Below, in pieces: positions 10,391 to 22,066 of a stretch of 64,000 bases of DNA. Position 1 is the stretch's first letter. The number at the start of each line of letters is the position of its first letter. Made by a program: the position numbers and the translations under genes. The stretch spans positions 482,271-546,270 of the forward strand of contig CAVXEP010000029.1 in assembly GCA_963760795.1 (NCBI GenBank), read 5' to 3'. The stretch comes from an uncultured delta proteobacterium. Lineage in GTDB: Bacteria; Desulfobacterota; Binatia; UBA9968. The notes under the pieces were generated by a model, which saw nothing but the letters and a program-made list of their open reading frames with translations, did no database searches and was not told the DNA's origin.

Positions 10391-10630
10391 ATGGAAGCGA
10401 AGCTAACATTTAAATATGATCGCCAAGGAGACATTCTTTACATCAACAAGACTCTGCCCTATGCCGAACAGGAATCGGAGGAACTGGGAGACGAGGTCAT
10501 CGCTAGGCTCAACCCAAAAACCGGGGAGATCGAAAATATCGAGGTATTGTTTTTCTCAACTCGGCTCCTTCGCAGCGATTTGTTTGAACTGCCCGTCACG
10601 GCGGACCTGCGGTTAGCGGGAAAGAACTAG
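10391..10630 (+). CDS. DUF2283 domain protein (putative antitoxin)
   Basis: YD-x-x-GDILYI ... GEIENIEVL pattern; 79 aa, acidic. Confidence 0.7.
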   Translation: MEAKLTFKYDRQGDILYINKTLPYAEQESEELGDEVIARLNPKTGEIENIEVLFFSTRLLRSDLFELPVTADLRLAGKN

Positions 10631-10746
10631 CCAAGATTGGAGGAAATGCGCTGAAACAAGCAGCCGCACGCTATGCTTCGACGTAACGTCAGACACCAGG
10701 CTTCTTGTTACGCACGAGGAATCGATTTCCGCTGAATCACTCGTGG

Positions 10747-11297
10747 ATGAATCTAACGGTACTCAAGTCAACCGATGCTGCATATCCCGCCCGCCTGCAC
10801 GAGCGCTTGGGCGAACATGCTCCAAGAACACTAACCTGCATTGGCGACCTCGCGTCGCTGTCTCAGACTAAGTCAGGGCTGTTTTGTTCCGTTCGTTGCC
10901 CGGTGATGCTATCCTTGCTGCTTACGACGCGGCGCGAAAGCTACGCGACGATGGAGTCACAGTTATTAGCGGGTTTCACTCGCCGGTGGAGAAGGAATGC
11001 CTGCGGATTCTCCTGCGAGGGAAGCAACCGATCATCATTTGCTTGGCGCGGGCGATGGACAAGATTCGGATACCGATGGACTGGCGGCGTGGGTTAGAAA
11101 CCGGACGCTTGCTGCTGCTTTCGCCATTCGAGAAGCGTCCGCGGCGTCCGACGGTGGAGTCGTCACGCCAACGAAATGAACTCGTTGCCGCGTTGTCAGA
11201 CGAAGCGCTCATCGTCCACGCCGAACCAGGCGGTAACATCGCGCGTATTTCTGAATTGGTACGCGATTGGACAATACCTACGAGAGCCCTACGGTAA
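10747..11297 (+). CDS. Short DprA/SMF-like (SLOG fold) protein, frameshift near 10900
   Basis: YPARL and LFCS-x-RCPG in ORF 10705..11097 join VISGFHSPVEKECL and RNELVAALSD in ORF 10884..11297. Confidence 0.7.
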
Positions 11298-11690
11298 TCA
11301 CTTATCCGTCGATTTCCTTGGTGCCACGCTGAACAGCTGCTTTTCCGGATTGCAGATATGGTCCAGCACCAGCCACAAACTTCTTGAATGATGAAAAAAC
11401 AGCAGCGGGAAGATCACCGCGAAGGGTATCCAGAAGGCGAGCTGTTGGTTGATGTCGATACCGGTGAAGGCGTCGAGGAGAAAGAAGCCGGGCACGGCGA
11501 TGGCGATGGTGGCGGCGTAATTGATATAAATCGCGCCGATGAAGTAGCCCTGTTCGCGCTCGAATTTTAGTCCACAGTGGGCGCAGTTCTCATTCATCCT
11601 AAATGGCTTGCCGTACAAGCGGCCGATGCCGCAGCGCGGACAGCGCAGGCGCAGGCCGTGGCCGAGCATGGAGAAGATTGACACGGCCAC
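11298..11690 (-). CDS. DUF983 family membrane protein with zinc ribbon
   Basis: CPRCG...CAHCG, FEREQGYFIGAIY, two TM helices; directly downstream of uvrA. Confidence 0.75.
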   Translation of the reverse strand: MAVSIFSMLGHGLRLRCPRCGIGRLYGKPFRMNENCAHCGLKFEREQGYFIGAIYINYAATIAIAVPGFFLLDAFTGIDINQQLAFWIPFAVIFPLLFFHHSRSLWLVLDHICNPEKQLFSVAPRKSTDK

Positions 11691-11691
11691 T

Positions 11692-14600
11692 TTAAACGCT
11701 CGCGCGGGCTCGGGCGGGTTTCTTTGCCACCGGGGCGGCAGTGCCGTTGAGATATTCGCGCAGGAAGCGCGCCGTATAAGATTTCTTGCCGTCTTTGATC
11801 ACGTCCAACGGCGCGCCGCAGGCGACTAACTGGCCGCCTTGGGCGCCGCCTTCGGGACCCAGGTCGACGATGTAGTCGGCGTCTTTGACGATGTCGAGGT
11901 TATGCTCGATGGTGACCACCGTGTTGCCCATGTCGACCAGGCGATGGAGGATATGAATCAGTTTTTCCACGTCGACGAAATGGAGCCCGGTGGTCGGTTC
12001 GTCGAGCACGTAAAGCGTCGTGCCGCGGGATTCCTTGCCGAGCTCGTAGGCGAGTTTGATGCGCTGGGCTTCGCCGCCGGAAAGCGTGTTGCTCGCCTGG
12101 CCGAGATTGATATAGCCCATGCCGATGTCGTCGAGGATCTTCAGCGGCCGGTTGATTTTCGGAAAGGCGTGAAAGAACGGCACTGCCTCTTCGACCGTCA
12201 TGCAGAACACGTCGAAGATATTTTTTTCGTTATAACGAATGCTGAGGGTCTCGTCGTTGAAACGTTGGCCGTTGCAGGCTTCGCAGTCGACGAAGACATC
12301 GGGAAGAAAACTCATCTCTTTGCGAATCTTGCCCTGGCCGGCGCACTCTTCGCAGCGGCCGCCCTTGACGTTGAAGGAGAAACGGCTCGCCGTGTAACCG
12401 CGCAGCCGCGCTTCCGGCGCCAGCGCATAGAGTTTGCGAATCTCATCCAACACGCCGATGTAAGAGACCGGCACCGAGCGCGGGGTTTTGCCGATGGGGG
12501 TTTGATCGACCTCGACGATCCGTTCGATGGCCTTCCAACCGGTAATTTCTTTATATTGTCCGGGCCGGCCGGCAAACTGGCCGAGCAGGACGTTTAATCC
12601 TTTGTAAAGCACGTCTCGGACCAGCGTGCTTTTGCCCGAGCCGGAGATGCCGGTGATGCAGCTCCACATGCCCAAAGGAATTTTGACGTCGAGGTTTTTC
12701 AAATTATGCGCCTTGGCGCCGCAGATGGTGAGCCAGTCGGATTTCTTCAGCTCGCGCTTGGGGCCGAGACGTTTGCGCTCGGAGCGCAGATAGGCGCCGG
12801 TGGGTGAGTCGGGATTGGCTCTGATTTCCGCCGGCGTGCCGATGTACACCACGTTGCCGCCATGGACGCCGGCGCCGGGGCCGAGATCGATAATCAGATC
12901 CGCTGATTGAATGGTCGCTTCGTCATGTTCGACAACGAGCACGCTGTTGCCCAACTGTTCGAGCCGGCGCAAGGTTTTGAGCAGCATGGCATTATCGCGC
13001 GGATGCAGGCCGATGGTCGGTTCGTCGAGGATGTAGCAGACACCGCGCAGGTTGGAGCCCAGCTGTGCCGCCAGGCGAATGCGTTGAGCCTCGCCGCCGG
13101 AGAGCGTGTCGGCGCGCCGGTCGAGGGTGAGATAGGGCAGGCCGACCTCGGATAAGAAATTCAAGCGCTGCTGGATTTCCTTCAATACTTTCTCGGACAC
13201 GGCGCGGTCGCGGGCGGCGGTGGCGATATCCGAGTGGTCGAGATCAAGCTTGGCGAAGTAGACGCGCGCGTCGTCGACGCACAGGCCAGCCACTTCCCAG
13301 ATAGTTTTACCGGCGACTTTGACCGCCTGGGCGCGTTGATTCAAGCGCCGTCCTTGGCAGGCGGCGCAGGGCACTTCGGTCATCAGGTCGTCGAGCTCGT
13401 GGGCGGAATTTTCATCGCCGGCTTTAGCCAGTTCCTTTAAATATGGCACCAGGCCGACGAAGGCGCCGCGGCCCTTGCCGCCGTTGACGATTTCTTCCTG
13501 GACTATTTTGGTCTGTTTGGCGAAGGGCTTGGCGATATCGATGTCGTAATCGTCGCTCATTTGTTTCAACAGCCGCTGCATGGCGCGCTCGACCTCGGAG
13601 CCGTTGACCGATGAACCGCTAGAAATTCCACCGAGCGCGTCTTGCACCGACCGGCGCGGATCGGCAAAGATCAATTGCGGATCGAAGTCATAGGTAAAAC
13701 CCATGCCGGCACAATCTTTACAGGCCCCCTGCTGGCTATTGAAAGAAAACAGCCGGGGGTCGAGCGGCTCATAGCCAATGCCGCAGCCGAGACAAAATAG
13801 CCGTTGGTTGAAAATCTGTTCGCCCCGTTCCGAAATCAAATGGATGACGCCGTTGCCCAAACGCAGCCCTTGATCGACCAGGGCTTCGACTTCATGGCCG
13901 CCGGCCTTGGCCTTGCCGACGACGATATCGATGTTGTGTTCTTTGAAACGCGCCAAGCCGCCCGCCAACTCGGGCGCGCGCAGGTCGGTGAGCTTGCCGT
14001 CGATGCGCGCGCGCCGGTAGCCAAGTTTGATCGCTCCCGTGATCACTTCCTTGTGAAATCCCTTGCGGCCGCGCACCAGTGGGCTTAGCACCATGACATC
14101 CTTGCCGCGGTAGGAGCGCGAGATGCGGTCGAGGATCTGGCTGCGCGTCAGCGAATGGATCGGCCGGCCGCAGTTGACGCAGTGCTGTTTGCCGATCTTG
14201 GCGTAGAGCAGGCGCAGGTAGTGATAGATTTCCGTGACCGTGGCGACGGTGGATTTGCGGCCGCCCTGGCTCAAGCGCTGCTCGATGGCGACGGTGGGCG
14301 GAATGCCGGCGACATAGTCGACGTTGGGGCGCGCCATCACTTCTAAAAACTGCCGCGCGTAGGCGGACAGGCTGTCCAAATAGCGACGCTGGCCTTCGGC
14401 GTAAACGATGTCGAAGGCCAGCGTCGACTTCCCCGAACCGCTGAGGCCGGTGAAGACGATGAAGCGGTCGCGCGGAATGTTCACGCTGATATTTTTTAAG
14501 TTATGCTCTTTGGCGCCGACGATGGCGATGCAATGCTCGTCGACGCCGGCGGGCAAGGCTCGCCTTGCCCCGAGATTATTTTTTAATACCGGCGCAAACA

Positions 14601-17373
14601 ACGATGTCAATTTATTTAAATAGGGGCGCAGATAGACGCCGGTGTAGGAGCGCTCCACCGCGGCGATCTGTGCCGGCGTTCCGGTCGCGACGATCTCGCC
14701 GCCTTTATCGCCGCCCTCGGGGCCGAGGTCGATGATATGGTCGGCGCATTTGATTACTTCCAAGTTGTGCTCGATGACGACCACGGAGTGGCCCTGCTCG
14801 ATCAGTTCGTTGAACGCCCAGAGCAGCCGGTCGATGTCGTGAAAGTGCAGTCCGGTGGTGGGTTCGTCGAAGATAAACAGCGTGCCGGCTTTCTTCGCCC
14901 GCGCCATATGGGCGGCGAGCTTCAAGCGCTGCGACTCGCCGCCGGAGAGCGTCGTCACCGGCTGGCCCAGGCGCAGGTATTCCAACCCCACGGCGCGCAG
15001 CGGTTCGAGAGATCCCTTCACATCGTTGCTCTCTTTGAAAAACTCCAAGGCATCGCTGACGGTGAGATCGAGCACCTGGCGAATGCTCTTGCCGCGATAG
15101 GCGACTTCGAGGACTTCTTCGCGGAAGCGGCTGCCGTGACACTCCGGGCAGGAAGTGTAAACGTCGGAGAGAAACTGCATCTCGACTTTTTCGTAGCCTT
15201 CGCCATGGCAGGTCTCGCAGCGGCCGCCCTCGACGTTGAAAGAAAACGTCGACGGCGTGTAGCCGCGCAGGCGCGCCAGTTCGGCGCCGGCAAACAGCTT
15301 GCGGATGCCGTCGAAGGCTTTCATGTAAGTCGCCGGGTTGGAGCGCGGCGTGGTGCCCACCGGCGACTGGTCGACCAGGACGACTTCGGAGATTTTCTCG
15401 ATGCCGTCGATCTTCTCACAATTAGTGACGTTGGCCGTGGGCGCTTCCTTGAGTTTTTTCAAATTGCGCGACAGCACTTCGTCGACCAAGCTTGATTTTC
15501 CCGAGCCGGAGACGCCGGTGATGCACACCAGCATGCCGAGTGGAATCTCCACGTCGATGTTCTTTAAATTATTCGCTGAGGCGCCGGTGATCTTAAGCAA
15601 GCGTTGCGAGAGCGGTTTGCGCCGGCGCGCCGGCATGGGAATCGATTTGCGCTGGCTTAGATAAGCCGCGGTGAGCGAATTTTCGTCCTTCAATAACTCG
15701 TCATAGCTGCCGGCGAACATGATTTCGCCGCCTTGCTCGCCGGCCTTGGGGCCGAGATCCAATATGTAATCGCATTCTTTGATGATTTCGGGATCATGTT
15801 CGACGATGACGACGGTATTTTGATTCGCCCGCAAGCGCTGGAGGATTTCCACCAGCCGGCGGCTGTCGCGCGGGTGGAGACCGATGGACGGTTCGTCGAG
15901 GACGTAGAGGGTGTTGACCAATGAGGAGCCGATCGCCGTGGTCAAGTCGACGCGCTCCAACTCACCGCCGGAGAGCGTGCGTGATTGGCGGTCGAGAGTG
16001 AGATACTCCAGGCCGACGCCGACTAAATACCCCGTGCGGCGGCGAATCTCGTCGAGGATTAGACTCGACACTTGATCGAGGGCGCCGACCGGTTTCAATG
16101 CGGTAAAAAATTCATGGGCAATGCCGACATTCATGGCGTTTATCTGGGCGATATCTTTGCCGTCGATGCGATAGTTGAGCGCGTCGGCTTTGAGCCGCGT
16201 GCCGTTACACTCGGGACAGAGCAAATAGGCGCGGTAGCGCGCCAGCAAGACGCGCACATGCATGCGGTAGCTGCGCCGTTCGAGGCGGCGAAACCAGCCG
16301 CGGATGCCTTTGTATTCGCCGGCGCCGTCGATGACCAGCTGGCGCTGCGCGTCGCTCAGTTCGCCCCAGGGCATTTTCGTCGGGATTTTCTTGCTGTCAC
16401 AAAAATCGAGCAGCCGCTTGGTTCTGCGCTTGCGGTTGATCCAGGGTTTGATGGCGCCGTCGGCGAGGGATTTTCCCGGATTGGGAATCACCAGGTCGAT
16501 ATCGATATCGATGACCCGGCCGAAGCCTTTGCAAGTTTCACAGGCGCCCAAAGGACTATTGAACGAAAAAATATTCGGCACCGGATCGCGGTAGGAAATA
16601 TCGCAGTGCGGGCAATGCAGATGATTGCTAAACGGCTCCTGGCGCCAATCATCCTGCGGTAAGAATAGATTCAACCGGCCTTTGCCATAGTGAAACGCCT
16701 GCTCCAAGGAGTCGGCGATGCGCTTTTTGTTTTCCGGACGAAAGGCGAAGCGGTCGATGACGACCTCTAAGGGCTGCTTTTTCGCCGGCGCTTTATCGAT
16801 GTCATCGAGTTCGCAAATGGTGTGGTCGGTGAGCAAACGATGGAAGCCCGCCTGGCGCAGACCGTTGCGGACTTCGTCCCAGCTCACCGCCGACGCCGGC
16901 AAGGGAAACGTCAAGACCACCGGTGTGCCTTCGGCCAGGGCGCCGAGTTTTTGCAGGACAGTGGCCGCGCTGTCGCGCTCGACGATCCTCTGACAGCCGC
17001 GGCAGTAAAGCACCGCGATCTTGGCAAATAACAGTTTAAAATGATCGTGCAGCTCGGTCATGGTGCCGACGGTGGAGCGCGAGGTGCGCACCGGCCGGCT
17101 CTGATCGATGGCGATGGTTGGCGGGATGCCTTCGATGCTCTCGACGTCCGGCTTGTCCATGCGGTCGAGAAACTGCCGGGCGTAGGCGGAAAAGCTTTCG
17201 ACGTAGCGGCGCTGGCCCTCGGCGTAGAGGATATCGAAGGCGAGGGTCGACTTACCTGAACCGCTGACACCGGTGACCACGGTGAGTTGGTTGAGCGGAA
17301 TCTCGATGTCGAGATTCTTCAAATTGTTCTGCTTGGCGCCGACTATGCGAATCGCTTTGCCGTTTATGGACAT
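11692..17373 (-). CDS. uvrA: Double-length excinuclease ABC subunit A (two UvrA units fused)
   Basis: 1893 aa; four Walker A (GxSGSGKS), four LSGGE signatures, four DEP motifs, two AEGQRRY motifs, FSFN and CxxC zinc modules. Confidence 0.93.
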   Translation of the reverse strand: MSINGKAIRIVGAKQNNLKNLDIEIPLNQLTVVTGVSGSGKSTLAFDILYAEGQRRYVESFSAYARQFLDRMDKPDVESIEGIPPTIAIDQSRPVRTSRSTVGTMTELHDHFKLLFAKIAVLYCRGCQRIVERDSAATVLQKLGALAEGTPVVLTFPLPASAVSWDEVRNGLRQAGFHRLLTDHTICELDDIDKAPAKKQPLEVVIDRFAFRPENKKRIADSLEQAFHYGKGRLNLFLPQDDWRQEPFSNHLHCPHCDISYRDPVPNIFSFNSPLGACETCKGFGRVIDIDIDLVIPNPGKSLADGAIKPWINRKRRTKRLLDFCDSKKIPTKMPWGELSDAQRQLVIDGAGEYKGIRGWFRRLERRSYRMHVRVLLARYRAYLLCPECNGTRLKADALNYRIDGKDIAQINAMNVGIAHEFFTALKPVGALDQVSSLILDEIRRRTGYLVGVGLEYLTLDRQSRTLSGGELERVDLTTAIGSSLVNTLYVLDEPSIGLHPRDSRRLVEILQRLRANQNTVVIVEHDPEIIKECDYILDLGPKAGEQGGEIMFAGSYDELLKDENSLTAAYLSQRKSIPMPARRRKPLSQRLLKITGASANNLKNIDVEIPLGMLVCITGVSGSGKSSLVDEVLSRNLKKLKEAPTANVTNCEKIDGIEKISEVVLVDQSPVGTTPRSNPATYMKAFDGIRKLFAGAELARLRGYTPSTFSFNVEGGRCETCHGEGYEKVEMQFLSDVYTSCPECHGSRFREEVLEVAYRGKSIRQVLDLTVSDALEFFKESNDVKGSLEPLRAVGLEYLRLGQPVTTLSGGESQRLKLAAHMARAKKAGTLFIFDEPTTGLHFHDIDRLLWAFNELIEQGHSVVVIEHNLEVIKCADHIIDLGPEGGDKGGEIVATGTPAQIAAVERSYTGVYLRPYLNKLTSLFAPVLKNNLGARRALPAGVDEHCIAIVGAKEHNLKNISVNIPRDRFIVFTGLSGSGKSTLAFDIVYAEGQRRYLDSLSAYARQFLEVMARPNVDYVAGIPPTVAIEQRLSQGGRKSTVATVTEIYHYLRLLYAKIGKQHCVNCGRPIHSLTRSQILDRISRSYRGKDVMVLSPLVRGRKGFHKEVITGAIKLGYRRARIDGKLTDLRAPELAGGLARFKEHNIDIVVGKAKAGGHEVEALVDQGLRLGNGVIHLISERGEQIFNQRLFCLGCGIGYEPLDPRLFSFNSQQGACKDCAGMGFTYDFDPQLIFADPRRSVQDALGGISSGSSVNGSEVERAMQRLLKQMSDDYDIDIAKPFAKQTKIVQEEIVNGGKGRGAFVGLVPYLKELAKAGDENSAHELDDLMTEVPCAACQGRRLNQRAQAVKVAGKTIWEVAGLCVDDARVYFAKLDLDHSDIATAARDRAVSEKVLKEIQQRLNFLSEVGLPYLTLDRRADTLSGGEAQRIRLAAQLGSNLRGVCYILDEPTIGLHPRDNAMLLKTLRRLEQLGNSVLVVEHDEATIQSADLIIDLGPGAGVHGGNVVYIGTPAEIRANPDSPTGAYLRSERKRLGPKRELKKSDWLTICGAKAHNLKNLDVKIPLGMWSCITGISGSGKSTLVRDVLYKGLNVLLGQFAGRPGQYKEITGWKAIERIVEVDQTPIGKTPRSVPVSYIGVLDEIRKLYALAPEARLRGYTASRFSFNVKGGRCEECAGQGKIRKEMSFLPDVFVDCEACNGQRFNDETLSIRYNEKNIFDVFCMTVEEAVPFFHAFPKINRPLKILDDIGMGYINLGQASNTLSGGEAQRIKLAYELGKESRGTTLYVLDEPTTGLHFVDVEKLIHILHRLVDMGNTVVTIEHNLDIVKDADYIVDLGPEGGAQGGQLVACGAPLDVIKDGKKSYTARFLREYLNGTAAPVAKKPARARASV

Positions 17374-17579
17374 TCTATCGCTCGGTCACGGAAACGCCGC
17401 CGCTATTCTGTCGTCCGCAATGCTTGCTTGCCTGTTGCCATCGATCTTGGTTTCCGTGGTGCTGTGGAGAAAGTTAAATTTAGCGTGCACCAACCTGGTA
17501 CGTCTATCACAGAGGGCAGTCGAATCAAGTTTGTTTTGCCGTACTTTCCCCGACTCGCGGCGTCTGTTAGTTTCAGGAC

Positions 17580-18266
17580 ATGCGCATCAGCGAGATTTTC
17601 TACTCGATCCAGGGCGAAGGCCGCTTGCTTGGTGTGCCGTCGGTGTTTGTTCGCACCAGCGGTTGCAATCTACGTTGCCGTTGGTGCGACACGCCGTACA
17701 CGTCATGGAACCCCCAGGGCAAAGCTTGGAGCGTCAAAAAGATTCTCGGTGAAATCGCCAAATATCCGACCCGCCATGTGGTGATTACCGGCGGCGAACC
17801 GCTGTTGGCGCCCGATATCGAAGAGCTGACGTTCCAGCTCAAGCAGCGCGGCGCCCATATCACCATAGAAACCGCGGCGACGATCTTCAAACCTGTGGCC
17901 GGCGATTTGATTTCGTTGAGCCCCAAGCTCGCCAACTCGACGCCATGGAAAAGAAGCAAGGGTGAGTTCGCGGCCATGCATGAAAAGCGCCGGCTCAATT
18001 ACCCGGTCATACAGCAATATCTCGATGGCTACGACTACCAGCTCAAGTTTGTCGTTGATGGAAAACCGGACATAGACGAAATTCGCTCGGTTATCGCCCA
18101 GTTACAACATGTCGATGGCGCTCGGGTCATGCTCATGGCCGAGGGCGTCAAGCAGGCGGAGTTGAACCGCAAAGCCAAGTGGATCGTCGAATCGTGCAAG
18201 CAGTATGGCTTCAGCTACACGCCGCGCTTGCATATCCAGCTGTTCGGCAACCGGCGCGGCACGTGA
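17580..18266 (+). CDS. queE: 7-carboxy-7-deazaguanine synthase (radical SAM)
   Basis: EIFYSIQGEG, GCNLRCRWCDT, VVITGGEP, SLSPK, PRLH. Confidence 0.9.
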   Translation: MRISEIFYSIQGEGRLLGVPSVFVRTSGCNLRCRWCDTPYTSWNPQGKAWSVKKILGEIAKYPTRHVVITGGEPLLAPDIEELTFQLKQRGAHITIETAATIFKPVAGDLISLSPKLANSTPWKRSKGEFAAMHEKRRLNYPVIQQYLDGYDYQLKFVVDGKPDIDEIRSVIAQLQHVDGARVMLMAEGVKQAELNRKAKWIVESCKQYGFSYTPRLHIQLFGNRRGT

Positions 18267-18445
18267 TTCCGCTTGGCGCGGTATCACGAATTGCAGAGTA
18301 CAGATTTCAAATTCCAAATTCCGTGATCACAGATTACTGGGATGCGGATTCTGATCGTTACCCATAAGTTTCGGCTGGACACGGCGGGTGTGGGAGACAT
18401 AACGAAATGTGGTTAGCCGCTAAAGTCGTCGCAAGTTTTCCGTTA

Positions 18446-18584
18446 CCCCTCTTTGGAAAAGAGGGGCTAGGGGAGATTTTTTTCTTCCATGCGGCGGCAC
18501 CGTTGCAGAGGATTGCCGCTCTGCTGCGAAAAACCCTCCTCACACCACATCAAATCCCCCTTAATCCCTCTTTTCCAAAGGGGG
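18446..18584. repeat. REP-like inverted repeat pair
   Basis: CCCCTCTTTGGAAAAGAGGGGCTAGGGGAGATTT and the inverted partner AAATCCCCCTTAATCCCTCTTTTCCAAAGGGG between convergent genes. Confidence 0.7.
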
Positions 18585-18660
18585 AATCGGTCATCGCTAG
18601 CTATTGACTTCGTCAGCGACCTGTCCAGCCAACAAGATGTGTCGCATGATTAGATGCGGA

Positions 18661-21600
18661 TTAGGGAGCTATGGGTTGTTGTTCTGTCCGCGCGGTCGGC
18701 GCGGCGCCGGCCGGCTGGGCCGTGACATCGGCCTGGGGTACCACCCCCGGGGGCGGTATTTCATTGAGCTTCTTGTTGTCGAATTTCGCCGTGATCGAGG
18801 GCGCGAGCAATTTGAGCAAAGTGACCGGCAGCGCGCTGGTAAAATGGTAGTTGCCGGCCTCGCGTCCCTGGACGTAGGCGGTGATCACGCCGTAGTAACG
18901 CTCGCCGATGTAAAATACGAAAGTTGCCGTGCGGTTGGTGGCGCGCGAGCTGACAACGCCGCCGCTGCGGTTGAAGGTCTCAAAACGATTGTCGCCGGAG
19001 CCGGTCTTGCCGCCGACGGTGAGTACGCTGCCGTCGGCAAGTTTGAACGCGCCATTGAGCCGGCGCGCGGATCCCTGTTCGACTACTTCGGCCATGGCTT
19101 TGCGCACCGTGCGGGCGACCTCGGGGGCGAGCACCTGCTCGCCGGCTTTCAGCGGTCGTTCGAGCACAGTCTCGTAGGGAGTTGCGCCGGCGAAATGAAT
19201 TCTAGTCAGTGTCGTGGCTGGGCGGCGCAGGCCGTCGTTGACCAGAATGCCGGCCAATTCCGCCAATGCCGTTGGCCGGTCGGAGGAACTGCCGATGGCG
19301 GTGGCGTAGGTCGGCACCAGGGTTTTGAATGGGAAACCGAGCCGCTGCCAGTATGGCGTCATGCGCGCGAAGGCATCTCTTTCGATGCGGATGCGCAGAC
19401 GATTGTTTTGGGCGCGTTGATTGCGCGAGTTGAGCAGCCAAGCCGAGCCGACCTGCCGGGCCGGGCCGCTCTTGGCATAGAGATCTTTCCACGACCGCTT
19501 GGCGTTCTGGCGAAACTCGCCGGCGCACCACAGATCGAGCGGGTGCATGCCGAGCAGATAGGCATGATCGGCTAAAGTCAGGCGCGGATTCTGGTAGGCG
19601 CGAAACAATTTGCTAACCTCGGCGGCGCTGGTTTTGGCCTCATGCTTTTCCAGCCAAGCGGTTAAGGCGTCCTCGTCATTGCCGACCCGCCAGGCGAAAA
19701 ACAGGACCGCCAAACGCCGCTCGACGCTGCCTTTGCCGCCGAGCAGCCGCTTGACGATCTCTTCCGGCGTTTGCTTGGCGTAGTTCTGGTAGGCGCGGCG
19801 CAGCGCGGCACGGGATTCCTCGTCGGCGATTTCTTCGAGCATCTGTCGGCGCGTCGGGTTCTCGGGGTTGTCGAGCACGTCACTAGCGTTGTAAGCGAGC
19901 CGGGCACGGTGGTAGCTCACCAGGTCGCGCATGAGGCGAATGAGCGCGAGATTGTTCGAGTTGCGAAAGGCATCGCGGAGCTCGTAGATGCGGTCATTTT
20001 CCTTTTTATCGAAATTTTCAAAGTGGTGCAGCCCGCCGCCGGTGAAAAAGCCTTCATAGGGGCTTCCGGAGTATTTCCGTTCCATGGCCTTGTCGAGAAA
20101 CGGTTGGAGCCGCAGTGCCTTATGGTCGAGCAAGGTTTCCGCCGCCCATTTGGTCAATGGATCGCGGGCGGCGCTGCCTCGCTCTTGCAGCCGCTTCGGA
20201 TCCAGGACCGACAATTCTTTGTGCAGCTCGGCGACCAGTTCGAGATAATGGGTTAACGTGCGCAGCTTCGCTGTGCTGCCGAGTTCGAGTTTGACGCTTT
20301 TGTTGAAATCCAACGCTGTGGTCAGGGTGTCCGCTTGCACGCGCACGACATTGCCATTGGGGGTCGCTTCGACCAGCAGCAATGAATAGATCAGCCTCGC
20401 CGGATCGTCGGCTTCGAGCATGCGCTCGCCGTTGAGACCATAGGCTTTGATCACCTCGGGCCGGCTCAAACTGTCGAAGAAGTCGGTGACGCGCTTTTGC
20501 AGCGGCACATCGATGGTGCTGTCGGCGCGCAGGTGCAAGCGATTCAAATCGTAAAGGTTGTTCATGCCCAGCGCTTCCAACAAGCTGACGCGGATGGCAT
20601 TGGCAGCCTTGTTTTTACCGGAGGATGGCTGCGGCGTTAGCGGCGCGGTGGGCGAAAACTTTATCGGCGTGTCTTGCAGTTGGGCGGCGAAATCCCCGTC
20701 GATCACGCCGTCGCGCGCCATTAGACGCGTGAACTGGCTGACTTTCTCTTCCAGGGACGATCGTTCGTCGACTAGGTAGACTGTCGGCGCGCGCACTGAA
20801 ATCAGTAAAGCGAGGGCATGTTTGAAGGCGCGCACTTTCGCCGGCGTCGGCTGGGCGGCGTGCAAGTCCTTGACCGCATCGCTCAAGCGGATGCCAAACC
20901 ACGCGTACAGGCCCTCGCCCAGACCGTGAATTTCGCCATAACTGGGCGCGGCGGCCAGCGGCACGGTATTCAAGTAATCGACGATGATCCGTTCGCGCCA
21001 AGTGCGGGTATTGGGCCCTTCTTGATAAGCTTTCAAGCTGGCACCGATGAGCTGGCGCAACTTTTCCACTGGGTTGTCAGTGCGGCCATGGGGCGAATGG
21101 CGAAATTTCTCGAGTTGCACCGCCAAGGTGCTGCCGCCTTGCACCGGCACCGGCAGTTGCAGTTTACCCGCGACATAATAGGTTACCGCTTTAAGGGTCC
21201 GGTCCCACTCGATGACCGGATTCTGCCAGGAGGTTGCCGGATGGTCGAGATCGCGGTTTTCCAGGAACAACAGCGTCTTGACCAAGAGCGGCGGGATGTC
21301 GTCGATCTTAGCGAAGAGAAAATCGCCCTGGGCGTAACGAAACAGCGGCACGCCGTCGGCGCCGATGATTTCCAAGCCGGCATCCGGCCGTTCCCAATAG
21401 GGCGGCGAGATGCCGCGCTCCAAGAGCGTAAGCACGGTCTCGGACTGGCGCGCCTGTTGATTTACCAAATAACCTTGGGATTGCAGCCGGCTCTGGAGGA
21501 GCGGCAATTTAGAATAGCCGCGGCGCTCGTCAAAGGGCGCGGTGGCGCGCGGAAAAATAATTTCCCGGTTTGGCCCGTCTTTGAGGCTATAGAAAATCCG

Positions 21601-21795
21601 CTCGTTGATGCTGGTAAAAAACCAGGATTGCAGCAGCGAGGTCTGGATCTCGACGAAAATGGCGGCGGCGGCGATCACCAAGACTGCCAGCGACCAGAGC
21701 CAGACTTTTAGCCGCTTGAAGTTAAGGAAGCAGAACAGCCGACCGGCCAGAGTAGAGGCCGGCGACAACTCGGTTGGAATGGATTTTCCGCTCAT
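18661..21795 (-). CDS. Large class A penicillin-binding protein (transglycosylase + transpeptidase)
   Basis: N-terminal TM; LLFLENR and QGGSTLAVQ transglycosylase motifs; SxxK (STAK), SxN (SNN) and KTG transpeptidase motifs. Confidence 0.8.
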   Translation of the reverse strand: MSGKSIPTELSPASTLAGRLFCFLNFKRLKVWLWSLAVLVIAAAAIFVEIQTSLLQSWFFTSINERIFYSLKDGPNREIIFPRATAPFDERRGYSKLPLLQSRLQSQGYLVNQQARQSETVLTLLERGISPPYWERPDAGLEIIGADGVPLFRYAQGDFLFAKIDDIPPLLVKTLLFLENRDLDHPATSWQNPVIEWDRTLKAVTYYVAGKLQLPVPVQGGSTLAVQLEKFRHSPHGRTDNPVEKLRQLIGASLKAYQEGPNTRTWRERIIVDYLNTVPLAAAPSYGEIHGLGEGLYAWFGIRLSDAVKDLHAAQPTPAKVRAFKHALALLISVRAPTVYLVDERSSLEEKVSQFTRLMARDGVIDGDFAAQLQDTPIKFSPTAPLTPQPSSGKNKAANAIRVSLLEALGMNNLYDLNRLHLRADSTIDVPLQKRVTDFFDSLSRPEVIKAYGLNGERMLEADDPARLIYSLLLVEATPNGNVVRVQADTLTTALDFNKSVKLELGSTAKLRTLTHYLELVAELHKELSVLDPKRLQERGSAARDPLTKWAAETLLDHKALRLQPFLDKAMERKYSGSPYEGFFTGGGLHHFENFDKKENDRIYELRDAFRNSNNLALIRLMRDLVSYHRARLAYNASDVLDNPENPTRRQMLEEIADEESRAALRRAYQNYAKQTPEEIVKRLLGGKGSVERRLAVLFFAWRVGNDEDALTAWLEKHEAKTSAAEVSKLFRAYQNPRLTLADHAYLLGMHPLDLWCAGEFRQNAKRSWKDLYAKSGPARQVGSAWLLNSRNQRAQNNRLRIRIERDAFARMTPYWQRLGFPFKTLVPTYATAIGSSSDRPTALAELAGILVNDGLRRPATTLTRIHFAGATPYETVLERPLKAGEQVLAPEVARTVRKAMAEVVEQGSARRLNGAFKLADGSVLTVGGKTGSGDNRFETFNRSGGVVSSRATNRTATFVFYIGERYYGVITAYVQGREAGNYHFTSALPVTLLKLLAPSITAKFDNKKLNEIPPPGVVPQADVTAQPAGAAPTARTEQQPIAP

Positions 21796-22066
21796 CGAAC
21801 TAGAATGCCAATACTAACACACCGGTGGCAAACCTCAATCAAGTTTTCTGTGCGGCAATTTGTTTTACCGATCTAAAACCGAAAGGACTTGCGCAAAAGT
21901 GCCAAGCTGGGCAAATTCGAAGCACGAAAGCGGCCCCGCGGACCGAAACCCGAAACAAATTCCAATGTTCAAAAACAACACATAAATTCCAAACAGCTTC
22001 AATATGGATTCGGTGCTCTGGATTTTCCGGGTATGGAATTTATATTCGCCTCGGTTTGTTTCGGAT

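Noticed and set aside
17374-17579. LexA/SOS box upstream of uvrA
   Set aside because: No match to CTG-N10-CAG or GAAC-N4-GTTC was found by eye
17580-18266. 7-deazaguanine DNA modification (dpd) defence island
   Set aside because: Solitary queE; no dpdA, queC, queD or folE in the window
11839-21711. Long antisense ORFs opposite uvrA and the PBP
   Set aside because: Typical GC-rich shadow frames with no recognisable motifs
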